A stretch of DNA of 64,000 nt, taken from contig VJWM01000107.1 in NCBI GenBank assembly GCA_010909165.1, positions 992,001-1,056,000 of the forward strand, written 5' to 3'. Within the stretch, counting starts at the first letter, position 1; each line of letters opens with the position of its first letter. The DNA comes from Anthoceros angustus. Lineage: Eukaryota; Plantae; Anthocerotophyta. The notes under the pieces are model-generated. The model ran no database searches, had not been told where the DNA came from, and was given only the letters and a program-made list of their open reading frames with translations. Below are positions 37,749 to 50,190 of the stretch, one piece after another. Made by a program: the position numbers and the translations under genes.

Positions 37749-38201
37749 GATTATCGTTGTTTTCTTTCCACAAAAATCATTCAATTTTTTAACAATATGC
37801 TTTTCAAAAGAATATCCGCCTTTAAATCTGTCTATGTGAGATGTACGTGTTCTTCAAACATATCTTGAAAGAGTTCACATGGCTAAATCCAAGGACAAAA
37901 TAAAAATGACACATGGGCCAAATCAAGTACAAAATAAAACCAAACATGATCGAAATCCAAGGACAAAATAGAAAATGACAGCCTAAATAAACAAAAGTAG
38001 GTCAAATTTTAGATGTACAAAATCCAAGGTCATTATCAAAATGATGGCCTATATATGCAAGGTATATGCTTCTTTCACATACTTTAGAAAAGAGGGTATT
38101 TTTCATAACCTTTGAAGAGGTTTTTCTCATAACATTTACTATTCTTCGTGCATTACTTTATACTAGCCTACATAACATCTCAGAATATTATGTTAGAAAT
38201 C

Positions 38202-38701
38202 ATGAACACGTCTTCAATTTACAATGTATCTACAAATGTTTATCAAAATGAAGAAGCCGATGATTCGAAGTGACTTGTCTTTGCCTTGATAGTCTTGAGG
38301 TGGGCCAGAGATTACTAAAATAAATATATGTGCTCATTTGTATCATAAAAATGTTTAGATCCATGGTTACATATGTGCGGGCGCGACATGCCCATTATGT
38401 AGACGTGAAATACACTTTAGAGAAGAGATTACGTAAAAGGTTTACCATCTCAAGACGAAAGTCACCTTCCACATCAATTTCGAATGACCTCATTTCCATC
38501 CAAGAGGACATTCAAATGATAAGAGATATTGTGAGTGGGAGAGTAGAGATGGATATAATGTCGTATGCTGGATTGAACAAAGCTTCCGACAAGATGGAGA
38601 AAATGCAATCCAAAGTAACGACGAAGATGAAAGGCTTTTCTTGTATGTTGAATTGCAATGGTGTCTTGCTATATATGAACAGAGGCATCCGGATCAAGTA
38701 G
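38202..38701 (+). CDS. RING-H2 protein b (copy D)
   Basis: Colinear with 30246-30752. Confidence 0.7.
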
Positions 38702-39659
38702 CTTTGGCACTATCCTATGGTGGATAGGGCCATCCCATCTAGTGAGTACACCTATTATAGATGGAGCCACCCTTTCCAACGAGTACACCTAGATGATTTA
38801 GATCATCTCATTTATATTGAGAAGAAAGTATTAAATAATCATTTGAATTAATTTGATTATTTTAGTTATTTATTTAATAATTATCATATAACTATCTTCT
38901 ATTTTTGTATAGATAAGTCATTTTTCTGATTAAATTTACATGAATATTTATGGGTTTTTCAAAACAATTCTGGTTTTGTTGAAAATATACACCAAAATAG
39001 GACAAAGCCCTCCAAAGAGACCTTCACATCCGAGATCAATACCTCCAGCAAAGACAAGTGGACAATGTTGAATAAGAACACCTACACACGAACCCTAAAC
39101 ACCGACTACCTCCGAACTCCCAATCCACTCAAAGCTTGAGACTCATAACGGTAAACCTCAAACGACACCATCCAACCAATAAGCGATAACATGGCCAATG
39201 TTGTAACGGCCTCGAATTCACGCCCACCTGTGAATTCTAGGATCGCCACTGCTAGGTGAGCTCAATGTGGTCGGCTCTATTCTTTGATGGTCTTGTTTAC
39301 ATAGCCGCCGCCCTGAACGATTAAATTCATGTTAAGATAGTCACGTTTCTTGTTCTTAACCTACTGCTAGTACCAACTTGGGTTTTTAACTACGGTTTAT
39401 CACTAACTAAGGTCACGGTTCGTTAAGTTCTAACCTCTCGTTAGTATTCGCTTTCTCGACGTTTCTATCGCTAAGTTTCTATCGCTAATCGAGTTTCTTT
39501 GGCAAACGCGACTCAATTCGTATTCGCTGCCCCGGTCTAAGTCTGCCGCCACCACAAGGCCCGCCGGGCTCCCCCGTGACCGAGCATAGCATGCTTCAGG
39601 CCCTCGTTCAGATAGGCACGGGCGTTTTCCGCTCCTGCTGGTGTAACATCCTCCCCCAC

Positions 39660-39810
39660 TTAAGAGGCCTGGTCCTCCAGGCCCTCGATCTGCTGGTTGA
39701 GGTGAGGAAACAGTTTGCAAAAGGCTTCTGGCTCCCAAGTGGCAGAAGTATCAGGTTCCTGGCTCCACCCAACTAGGTAATCTCGGACAGTCCTATTCCT
39801 GAGCTTGCGA
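39660..39810 (-). CDS. Integrase C-terminal chromodomain
   Basis: RKLRNRTVRDYLVGWSQEPDTSATWEPEAF, matching the YLV.W...TWEP chromo motif. Confidence 0.8.
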
Positions 39811-40477
39811 ACTCGTTGTTGAAGGATTCATGCGGTTGGGAAAGAGGGAGGCTTGCAGTCTTTCAGTCAAGCTACAAGGAGATGAGATAGGAACCGATCG
39901 GAGAGGTAGGGATTGTGGTGCAGGAGGTCTCATGAAGGAGGAGACGGGTAGGAGAGTCAGAGAAGATGGCAGCCGGGAATGACGGGTTTCAAGATAATCG
40001 ACATGAAAAGTCCGCATGCCACAAGGGAAGATCAAGGGTGAGGCTACTCACTCACCGCTAATGGTAAAGGGTCCGCAAAAGCGGTATGCGAGCTTGGGAT
40101 GGGGTTGGATCGGGTTTGGGTACTGGGGAGGACAGAACTGTGACTTGTCCCGCCAGTATAGGTGACCTCACGGCGTTGCTTGTTTTTGATCTTGCGCCGC
40201 CTGCCTTGTGAGGTTTTTTTAGCTTGGCTGACCTCATGGTATACATCTTCCGCCACTGCAAAGCACTTCTCCACTTCCTGGGCTGGCCATAATCCAGGGT
40301 GGTGGATTGGCTCCATAGAGTAGTTTGAAGGTGAGGCACTGCTCCAAAGATGCTTGGATGTGTTATACGAACTCCAAAGATAGGTAACAAGTCCTCCCAT
40401 AATCCTTGCTTCTCCTGCATAGTGACGTAGTATATCTTCTAACACTTGTATTTGCTTCTCGGATTGACCATCCGATT

Positions 40478-41688
40478 CGGGATGGCGGTGGTAGACAAAC
40501 TCGATGAATGCCAAGGGTTTACGTGAATGTTTTCCGAACCCTCGTCAGAAATTCGGATCCCCGTCTCAAACGATGTCTGTGGGCATCCATGCAACTGAAA
40601 ATCTCGCGGATGAAGATGGCCACTTCGCCAGTGGACCTTTGGAGTGAACGGGAATGAAGTGACACAACTTCGATAGCCTGCATAACCACCGGATGGCATC
40701 CTTGCCGCCTCGCCCCGGCAGAGCAGTAATAAAGTCCATGGAGATGGATGGAACCTTCTTTATGTGTAAGGGCAACAACAACCCCCGCGATGGCCTGCTT
40801 TGCTCGCGGGAGAACACGAACCCACCGGATGCAATCTTGCCTCTCATGGTAGTCCAAGAGAAGTGCGTCTTCACACGCTCGTAAGTCTTATCCACACCTA
40901 GATGCCCGAGATGGGAGAATCGTGCAAGTCGTGCATGATACTCCGTTTGAGTTCCGCCATGTGACGGGAATGAATACCGCCTTACGGTAAACACATGCGT
41001 CCTTCAATTGATACGTTTGCATCGTGTTGGAACCCCTGCCGCATCCTCGAGTAATCGCTCATAGATGGCTTGCGTGGTCGGATCCTCCGGGATGGCGGTG
41101 GTAGACAAACTCGATGAATGCCAAGGGTTTTTAAATGTTTCGAACCTGCTGTAAATTCGGATCCACAATCAAAGCGATGTCTGTGGGCATCCATGCAACT
41201 CAATCTCGCGGATGAAGATGGCTGACACGGTGACTTGGAGTGAGCAGGAATGAAGTGACAACACTTCATAGCCTCATAACCACCGGATGGCATCCTTGCC
41301 GCCCGTCCTCGGCGGTAAACAAGTCCATGGAGATGGAGTGGGCAATCCTTCTTGTATGTAAGGGCAACAACCTGGCGATGATGGTCGGTTTTGCTTTACA
41401 GCGAGGAGACACATCTGAACCCGGATGCAATCTTGCCTCATGGTAGTCCAAGAGAAGTGCGTCTTCACGTTCGTAAGTCTTATCCACACCTAGATGCCCG
41501 AGATGGGAGAATCGTGCAAGTCGTGCATGATACTCCGTTTGAGTTCCATCATGTGACGGGAATGAATACCGCCTTACGGTAAACACATGCGTCCTTCAAT
41601 TGATACGTTTGCATCGTGTTGGAACCCCTGCCGCATCCTCGAGTAATCGCTCATAGATGGCTTGCGTGGTCGGATCCTCCGGGATGGC
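40478..41688. repeat. Tandem duplication, ~600 bp x2, in the gypsy integrase
   Basis: The 9 bp microhomology cgggatggc occurs at 40478, 41088 and 41680, and the blocks between are colinear. Confidence 0.9.
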
Positions 41689-44119
41689 CTCACATACTTT
41701 GATGGTGTCGATCGCCGACATCAAAGTTTGGGCCTGCTCGCTCAAAGCGTCTGCAGCAGTGTTAGCCGGGCCTGCCAGGTATTTAATCTCCATGTCAAAG
41801 TCAGCTAAATACTCCATCTGCTACCGCCTGCATTGAGATTCCTGTTTGAAAAAGTTGAATGGTGATCCGTGGTTGTCCCAGGAGATAGTGGCGCCACACC
41901 TTCAAAGCATGTACGATGGCGAACATTTCCTTATCATGTACCGTAATTTAGCTTGAGCCCTTGAAGCTTGTGGGATTCATATGCTATCACCCTTCCTTGC
42001 CGAGATAACACCGCTTAGGGCGCCATCCCGATGCGCCAAGATGCACGTGTAGGTGCTCGTACGCCCACCGCCAAGACGGTCCACCGCTCAACGCACGTGG
42101 CCTCAAGGCCCGGATACCGTGATCACAACCGAAATGGCTTCGAGGTGGATTGTTTGAGAGCCTCCGCTGGGCAAGGGCGATTTGGTCAAGCCCTTGATGA
42201 ACCGCGGTAGAAGCCATAATCCCGTGAATCCCTCGGTTGGGTGATATCGTGGGAGGGGCCACTCAACCACCGCCGCACCTTATGCGAGGATCCATGCCGA
42301 TGCCCTTTGCACTCACGATATGACCAAGGTATTCTACCTCGTCCTTCATAAAGGTACACTTACTCCTCTTGGCCAAGAAATGATGTTCCTGTAAGAGTGT
42401 GAATACCTTCCCGACAAGACCGATGTGCTGGCTCGTCCGGGCAGAGTGGATAAGTATGTCATCTAAGAAGACTTGACTCCCTTGCCCAACAAGGGTCGAA
42501 GGATGTCCCATAAGACATTGGAATGTCGCAGGGCATTCGTAAGCCCAAGCGGCATGACTACGACCAGAGGGGCTGGCCCCCGAACGCGGTTTTGGCTCAT
42601 CCCTTCTTGAGCCGGATCCGTGGAAACCGGACCGCAAATCAATTTTGGTAAACCATCACGACCTGCAACCGGTCCAAAATTTCATCTATGCGCATTTGGT
42701 AGACATTTCGGATGGTGGCGCGTCCCTCCTCAGAGTCGATGCAGCCTCCAACTACCATCAGCCGAACCAACAGCACCGCGCCCATAAGGTGAGGTACTTG
42801 GTCTTACAAACTTTGTCCAGAATTCGTCCACTTGCCGCTTAATTTCTTCATTCTCCATCACCGACGTGGGGTGGCTGACCACCGGCCCGTGCCCGGGACT
42901 AATTCAATCTTGTGGTCTATGGCAGCGAGTGGGCGGGTGGTGGGCTCGCAAACAAGCCGGCAAACTCCTCGGCGAGCCTTGAAATCTGCAGGTAAGAGGG
43001 CTTGGTTTGTTTTGAGAGCCCGTGATTCGGTGCCCTCGAGCCACTCGCTTGACTTGGCTATATCGAAACCACCCTTGGCGGTGGACTTAGGTAAGGCGGA
43101 TACAAGAAAAGATGTTTGTCCCAGGTATGTCTCTCCTTCCAAAGCACATAGGCCTTGCCCGCTACTTCTAGGGTTACTAAATTCCTTTTCCAATCAATCA
43201 ATGGTGTGAGTGGGCGGCCACGCCACGGCTTCCCCACAATCACATCATGAGCTGTGGTGGCAAAACGATGCACTTCAAGACCTCTCCAAAACCTCCGGGA
43301 AGGTAAGTGGTGCATCCACCCATCGCCTCACCGACGTCCTTATTTCCCAGCCGCCACTACGGTGGATGTCCGACCCGAGTTGTAGATGCAGCGGGCCCGC
43401 GTATGGCGGATGCCGATATGTAGTGGTGACTAGCACCGGAGTCTAAGAGAGCCGTAGCCACATGCCCCGCTAACTGAACCTTCAGCTTGATGGGGACATG
43501 GGTCTTGCTGCAAGCATTCAGGACACAACACCCAGTGCAAGACCTAGGATTCTGGTTGTTGTCCGGTTCAAGTACCTCTTCCAAGACAACTGAATGGTTA
43601 CTTTTGCTGGCAGGTGTTTGAGCAGAAGATCCAGCTCGGGTGGAGTTCCCTGTCTCCTTCAGCCAGGAGATGAAATCCTTCCTGTGAGGACTGACAATAT
43701 TCTAGAGATGCTAGAAGATGCAGACAAGAGCAAACTTGTCATAGAGAAAACAAGACAATATATTAAGTGATCAAAAGAGTGTCTTATATACATAAGTTGT
43801 TTAACTCTAAGTGACCTTTCATTATACAACCCTAATTACTTAACCCGTGACCGTGGTTATATATATACAACCCCAATGGGTCATCCCTCGGGGTTAACAC
43901 ACCCCTTAACCACGCCGGTTAGAAGTTGTAGGCGTTGCGCGAATCTTCGTGGTGATGAAGAGCTGCGGGGTCGTCGGAAAGGACGGCCAAAGCAAAGTTG
44001 CAGTGAGGTGAGCGATTAGATCATGCACTAAGCTTCATCCGCTCGGTCCCCTCACGTGATGTGAGCAATTGTCCATCAATGCTTTGTAGAGAAGGGTAGA
44101 TAGGAGAGTCAACCAAACC

Positions 44120-47100
44120 TGAGCTTCCTTGTGGAAATTGTGCTTCCGTGTGTTGACAAACACTTGGTCAACAAGTCGGCAGTGTTCAGCTCCGTTGGCA
44201 CATGTTCAATCTGTATCACCTTCCGCTCAGCAGTCTTGGACAGTGGTCTTTGAATTTCAATGTCATTGTCCAGCATGAAAACGAGGGTTCCCAACCAAAG
44301 CAATTGTAGACATGTTGTCGCAATATAAAGTTGTAGGAATCTTGTTGAAGTTCAGCCAAGAATGATTCCACTCACTTCTTTGGTGACTCCAAAGCCTTGT
44401 ACTCACTTGTGGATGATAGAGCCACAAGCCTTCTTCGAGCTCCAGTTCACGGCTCCCACAAGAGAAAGCAATAGGCACACACTCCCACTCTCGCTCACGG
44501 ATGGTTCCCGGTCAGACATATCCAACCAAGGTGATATTCGATCCATGCCTTGAAAGCATAGTCCATGTGTTGAAGTGCCCTTCAAGTAGCGGAGGATCCT
44601 TTGACGGCAATCCAATGCTCGACCGCTTCTCCAAAATTGGGAAGCTCGACATCGGGATATCTGGTCTTGTCCGGCCGGTGATAGTTCAAGCACCCTCTAC
44701 GGCATGACGATATGGCACTTGGCTCATGAGTTCTGATCGGTGTCATCCCGTGGAGATTGGAGGAAGTGAGCTTGACCCCAACACAACCAAAAGTGTCTTG
44801 TGGGCTTTGCATCTTGCAGTTGAAAAGCGAATGGTCTCGTTGATATACTTGGTCCGTGAAGGACAAGAGTGTGGTTATCCCTAAGGAGCTGAACCCCAAG
44901 AACAAAGGTGAGTTCTCCAATGTCCTTCATGTCATATAAACATGCGTATGGCCTTCACCCAATCCAGGATCCCTATTATTTGGCGAGTTAAGTGTCAACA
45001 TACAAAGCCAATATCACAAGATATCCTCCTTTGCAATATATGTAGACGTTGGCGTCTGGAGTTCTGGATGAAACCAATGGACTTGAGGTACTTGTCGATA
45101 CACTTGTACCACTCTCGAGCACTTTGCTTGAGTCCATATAAGGTCTTCTTCAATTTGCACACCCAACTGGATGTTAGGATCGACAAAGCCCTCGTGGTCC
45201 ATATAGATATCTTCCTCTAATTCTCCATAGAGGAAGGCTGAGACATCCATTTGCTCCGCATCCCGCCTCTGCAGTGCAAGGGCTAGGATCATCGATGGAT
45301 TGTGTCTTGACGATGTGAAAGTTTCGTTGAAGTCCACACCACTTGTGAGCGCGAGCAACAAGACGTGATTTGTAACGTATGTCCCCTTGTGCGTTCAGCT
45401 TATGTTTGAACACCCACTTGCAGCTCACCGTTTTCCTTCCAGCAGGTAAGGGGCAAAGTTCCCATGTTCCATTCTTCATCAAGGAGTCATACTCATCTTG
45501 AATTGATGGAAGCCAATGGTGTTTGTGTGCACCTTTTATAGCCTCCTTGTAAGTTTGAGGTTCTGCTGGGTGAGGTGTGCTAGTGGAGGAGGCTTCACAT
45601 AGCCTAGCAGATCGTGGGAGACGGAAGTCCTCTGACTCATAGGGTCTGGAGATCCAGCTATCTCGAGATGGACGAGACCGGCTTGGATATCTCCTTTCCT
45701 CAACAATAGGTTCAACTTTGAATGGAGCACCATGTGGTTCTCGCATTGACAACATCATCGGTCAAGTCAAGAACCCGGTCATCCCGTCACGTGCACTGTG
45801 GTCCTCATCGAAGAGGATCCGCTTCAAGTTGCTCAAGTGTGTCTTGCTCAAGTGGGTCATCGGGAACATGATATGCTTCATGCTCTTCAACATCGTAGGG
45901 CGGCGTGGAACAATAGTAGGTTGGGAGGGCTGCAACGTAGGTCTCAATGGTACTATAGATCTGGAAATCCACCCCCGCTAGCGCCGGAGAAGACACGGTT
46001 CGCCATAGATGCATCTTGTGGGTACACCGGAGGGGAGTCATCAAAACCAAGGTCGGTGCGGTGAATCGGTGCGGGTGGAAAAGTAAGAACTCGTAATCCA
46101 AAGCGAAGTCATGAGGCTTGACAAGCTCTTTGAAGGTGACGCCCGAGCAAAAATCAAGCGATCGAGTAGGAGGGTCATAGAGTTTATACGCCTTGGTTTC
46201 TTCTCCATAACCAATGAAAACCAAAGGTCTTGCCCTATCCTCGAGCTTCCCTACTGCTCAATGGATATAGGCGTGGTGAGCCAAATACCGAGGTGAAGCG
46301 GACTTGGTTTCTTCCATATCACTTCAAACGGAGTGCGATCGTGCCACGGTTGTTGGAAGCGATTCAAGATATGTGGCAATAATCGCCCGCCTAAGAGGCT
46401 TTCTGAGGCTCACCAAGCTAGCATGGCACGTGTCATGTTGAGTGGTCGTCGGCCACTACTCCATTTTGTTGTTGAGTATATGGGATACTTAGGCATGTGA
46501 TCCCTTGAGCTGCAAGGTAATCATTAAATGGAGAGTTAACAAACTCACTACCATTATCTCGACCTCAAGCATCGGAGGTAACATCCTCGCTTGCCTTTGA
46601 ACCATGATGATCCATTCTTTGAAGAAGGTCTCGATTTCCTCTTCATTGGGTATGTCCAAGAGTAGCGGTGAAGTCATCATTTGTTAAATAATAGAGGGAG
46701 CCACCAAGAGGGAACATGTATCTTGCCGGATATATCAAAGATGGACAAGATCTAGGATGTTAATGACCTAAAAGCGACATTGGTAGGAAAGGGTAACTCC
46801 TTTTGCTTTGCAACTATGCAAGAGTCGCACAAAGGAAGTTCCTTAAAGCACCTAGGTAAGGGCTCTATAGCATTCTAACTTAGACATCTTAAGGAGCTTG
46901 TCCTTGTTAGCATGTCCTAGTCTAGCATGCCAAAGTGAGCTAGGTGGGCTTGTGATCTGAAGCAACATGAGCACTTCTAGCAGCGCACATGAAAGGTCTA
47001 ACCAGAGATCATGCTCTAATAGGCCTCACGCCACCACGGAACTAGTTGGGCCCCCGTGGTTAGTGCGGCTAGAAGGCGTAAAGGTTAGATCAAAAATACT

Positions 47101-48214
47101 TCATGTGCATAAGTTGACTAACATAACAAGTGCTTGGCCATGTTAGGAACATACAAAACGTCATCAAGCCGAATGAGGCTACCATCCGCTTAAGAAATGA
47201 CAAGTACCCTTCCCAAAATCTTCAGCTGACGAGTGAGCTCGTCACCTAACAAAAGACCTTCTCGGATGTATTTATGGAGTAAAATTACTCATCAAATTGT
47301 TGCAGATGTGAGATGTAGCCCCTGTAATCCAAGTACCAAGCATCATGTGTCTTGGGGGCTTGGATGTGGACAAGCAAGTCGTCATCACTGGCGCTTGCCT
47401 TGTCTTCTTGTCCTTGAAACCGTGTTGGCCTCACTCTATGAGTCTTCTCGGCCTTCTTAGGTTCTCCATTTTTCTTTTACGACACTCCGCTCCCAATGGC
47501 CGGGAGAGCCGCCATGATTGCTCCAACCTCTCTTGGTTTGACCCTTGGTGTTTCCTTAGATGTGCTAGGTGTAGAAAAGTTTCTACCCTTGTATTGTGAG
47601 CGGTTTAGAGGTAAAAGGACTTTATCTATTTTAGCCCAAAAGAGAATGAGAACCACTACGTGATTGCTCTTCTTGGAACAAGGCTCCTACAACATCGGTA
47701 AAGCTAATCGCACTTTTGTCCTGCAGCAACCTGCTGCACCATCTCTAAGTGAGGCTGTAACTAGAGACAAAAGGTCGATAGCTTGAAGGAAGACTTGTAA
47801 GGAGTTAAGATCTAAGTCCGACATAGTAGACCCTAATGAAATCTGTGATCTAAGGTGCCTAAACTTCCCCACAAAACTACTGCCTTCTCATTGTCACGCA
47901 TACTAAGAGAGAAAAGCTCACTTACAAAGACATAAGGTTAGTATATTATCATATTCACATCATAAATTTGGTTCCATATATCCTCGCCTTTTAGCTCTGG
48001 AACTAGTACCTCGTCAAGGCCGCTTATTAGGAGGGCTCGAGCCACATTGTTGGCGTTGTCCCATCTATCCTTATCGAATTGATTTGCGGTAGCTCCGGGT
48101 TGTTGGAAGTGTCGCCACCATCGCCTAGCATCGCGTCTTTGCTTGCATGCGGACGCCGCATCACACGGGTATTTGTTTCCGCGTGAACCTATCCCGCTCC
48201 TTGAACTCAAGCAT
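44120..48214 (-). CDS. gag-pol: Copia gag-pol polyprotein (frameshifted)
   Basis: Start MLEFKERDRFT..KYP, LWHARLGHANKDKL, VFIGYGEETKAYKLYDP, CKWVFKHKLN, YKSRLVA, LKKTLYGLKQSAREWY, TLYCDNMSTIAL, NTADLLTKCL. Confidence 0.88.
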
Positions 48215-48270
48215 CGCTGATGGGCAGGTGTGTGTGCCTAGGAAAATTAAAGCCCGCCTCCCGATCCGGT

Positions 48271-49084
48271 GGCGGAGGAGGCTGTAGGTCCCGCCCAAGG
48301 GATTTCCATATCCAGCTCCAAGGTTCGGCACGGGTTGGCGAATCCAGCCTCGTGGGCAAAGGATTCCGCAACCGACTCCGTGGCTCGGAGGGTTGAAAAA
48401 TCCCGCTCGGTGAAAACCTCGCATAAAGGAGGGAAAGTGGGAACGGCGCAGTGGAGAAGACTCGGATGGAGAGGCGGCCGAGGAATTGTGGTCGTGGATG
48501 CGGCAGGTGTACTGAGGAGGCCGCCGCCCAGGTCAGACCCGCCGGTGGCTAGGATGCCACTGAGCCTGGAGCCACATGGAGTCTAGGCCGGCGAGGTATG
48601 GCAACCTCCACTCCGAGAAAACAGCCGCCTAGTGCAGGTTCGTGCGGCATGCAAAAACGCCGGCAAAGGCGGTAGGAGGCCTTGTAAATAGGTCCCGGCC
48701 TGCAAGGGATTTCCATATCCAGCTCCAAGGTTGTGGCAACGGGTTGGCGAATCCGCTCCCCGTAGGCAAAGGATTCCTGCAACCAGCTCCGTAGCTGGTA
48801 GGGTTGAAAATCCCGCCCCGCGCTGAAAACCTCGCATAAAGGAGGGAAAGTGGGAAGCAGGCGTTGTGGAGAGACTCGAGATGGAGGAGGCGGGGAATTG
48901 TGGTCGTGGATGCAAAGTGGTGTGCACGAGGAGGCCTGCCGTACCGACCGGTAACCCAGCCAGTCAGGCTAGGATGCCCGAGGCCTGGAGCCGGCCATGG
49001 AGTCTAGGCAGAGTGGTATGGCAACCTCCACTCCGAGAAAACAAAAGAACCTAGCCGCAGTTCTGCACGCACGGCATGCAAAGG
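48271..49084. repeat. Tandem duplication, ~400 bp x2, in the copia leader
   Basis: aagggatttccatatccagctccaagg occurs at ~48297 and ~48704, and caacctccactccgagaaaaca at ~48602 and ~49022. Confidence 0.85.
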
Positions 49085-49086
49085 CG

Positions 49087-50190
49087 CTAAGGGTTGAGGG
49101 AGCTCATGTGTCGCATCGCCATCTCGGTGTCGTCCGCGGGTCTACGGAGAGGCCCCTCTGAGAGGATGAGCTTCAAGCCTGCCGCGCTCCAGCCGAGGAT
49201 CTCCAGATCTGAGGGACTTGTGCTTGGGCTGCAGCCGCTACGCTTGCGCCAATACTGTGGCGGCTTCCTCCTCCTCCTCCGTGAGAGGCGGGCGGCGCTA
49301 TGTCCGACCGGGTTCTCCGAGTCCACAGTGTCGGTCGATAGGTGCACCACAGTAGCGGTAGCGGGTTTAGGGCCATGGCCGCTTCATGCCTCAGGCCCGC
49401 TCTCGCTCAGTGGCGCTCTCTCGTGCGAGGTGTCCGTGTGCAAGTTGTTGATCTCGGTTCCGTGAGCTCAAGATGGGCACTGTTAATGCTCTTCCAGTGT
49501 CAGGTGCGGGCCGAGGGCTCCACCGGCCAGGTGTCGACGAGCACGCTCGCGATGTGTGTTCGAGATCGACGCGCTTGGCCGAGGATCTGTTCGCGCGTTC
49601 GGCCTACTCGCATCGCCCAAGGTTGCGTGTTGATTGCAAGGCATCGGCATGATTCGTGAGCTCCTTCCACAAGCTTGCGCCGCTTGAAAAACAAGTGCCA
49701 TTTGAGATCTCCCGTTTCTATGCATGGTGAGGTGGGGCCGAGGTACATGGCCTCGTAATAAGGTGTGACGACCCTTTTGCTGGCTTCCGATCCTCTTGCA
49801 TCAAAGCTTCCAAATTGCTGTATCAAAATGGATATTTGGGCTTTGAGCAGAGATTTGAGAGAATCATCTGTGAGGGCCTCGATTCCGCCGCTTGAACATG
49901 AGCATCAACGGATCCACAGTTGGAGGATGATGGTGGTGTTGGTGTCTTAGCGAGGCGGTGGATTGAATTCCTTTTATGTCGCCTATGATTATGTAAGCGG
50001 TCCTAGAGCACATAAACGCAAACCCGCGTTTGGATGTAGGGGTGGCCGAGGAAGGCTGATGTTGTGGGACCCCGACCCGGAAAGCCTTGATCTGCCTTCC
50101 ACAGCCGGGCATTTGCGGCCAAGCTAAAGTAGCTTCTCGTTCGAGCTCTCGATTTGCTGTTAGGCATTTTCAAATGCCGTTGTCTGCATA
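49087..50190 (-). CDS. Extra ORF in the copia 5' leader upstream of gag (plant transposon protein-like)
   Basis: Sense-strand open frames between the PBS and the gag ATG, including GDLKWHLFFKRRKL...QPWAMRVGRTREQILGQARRSRTHIASVLVDTW. Confidence 0.45.
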
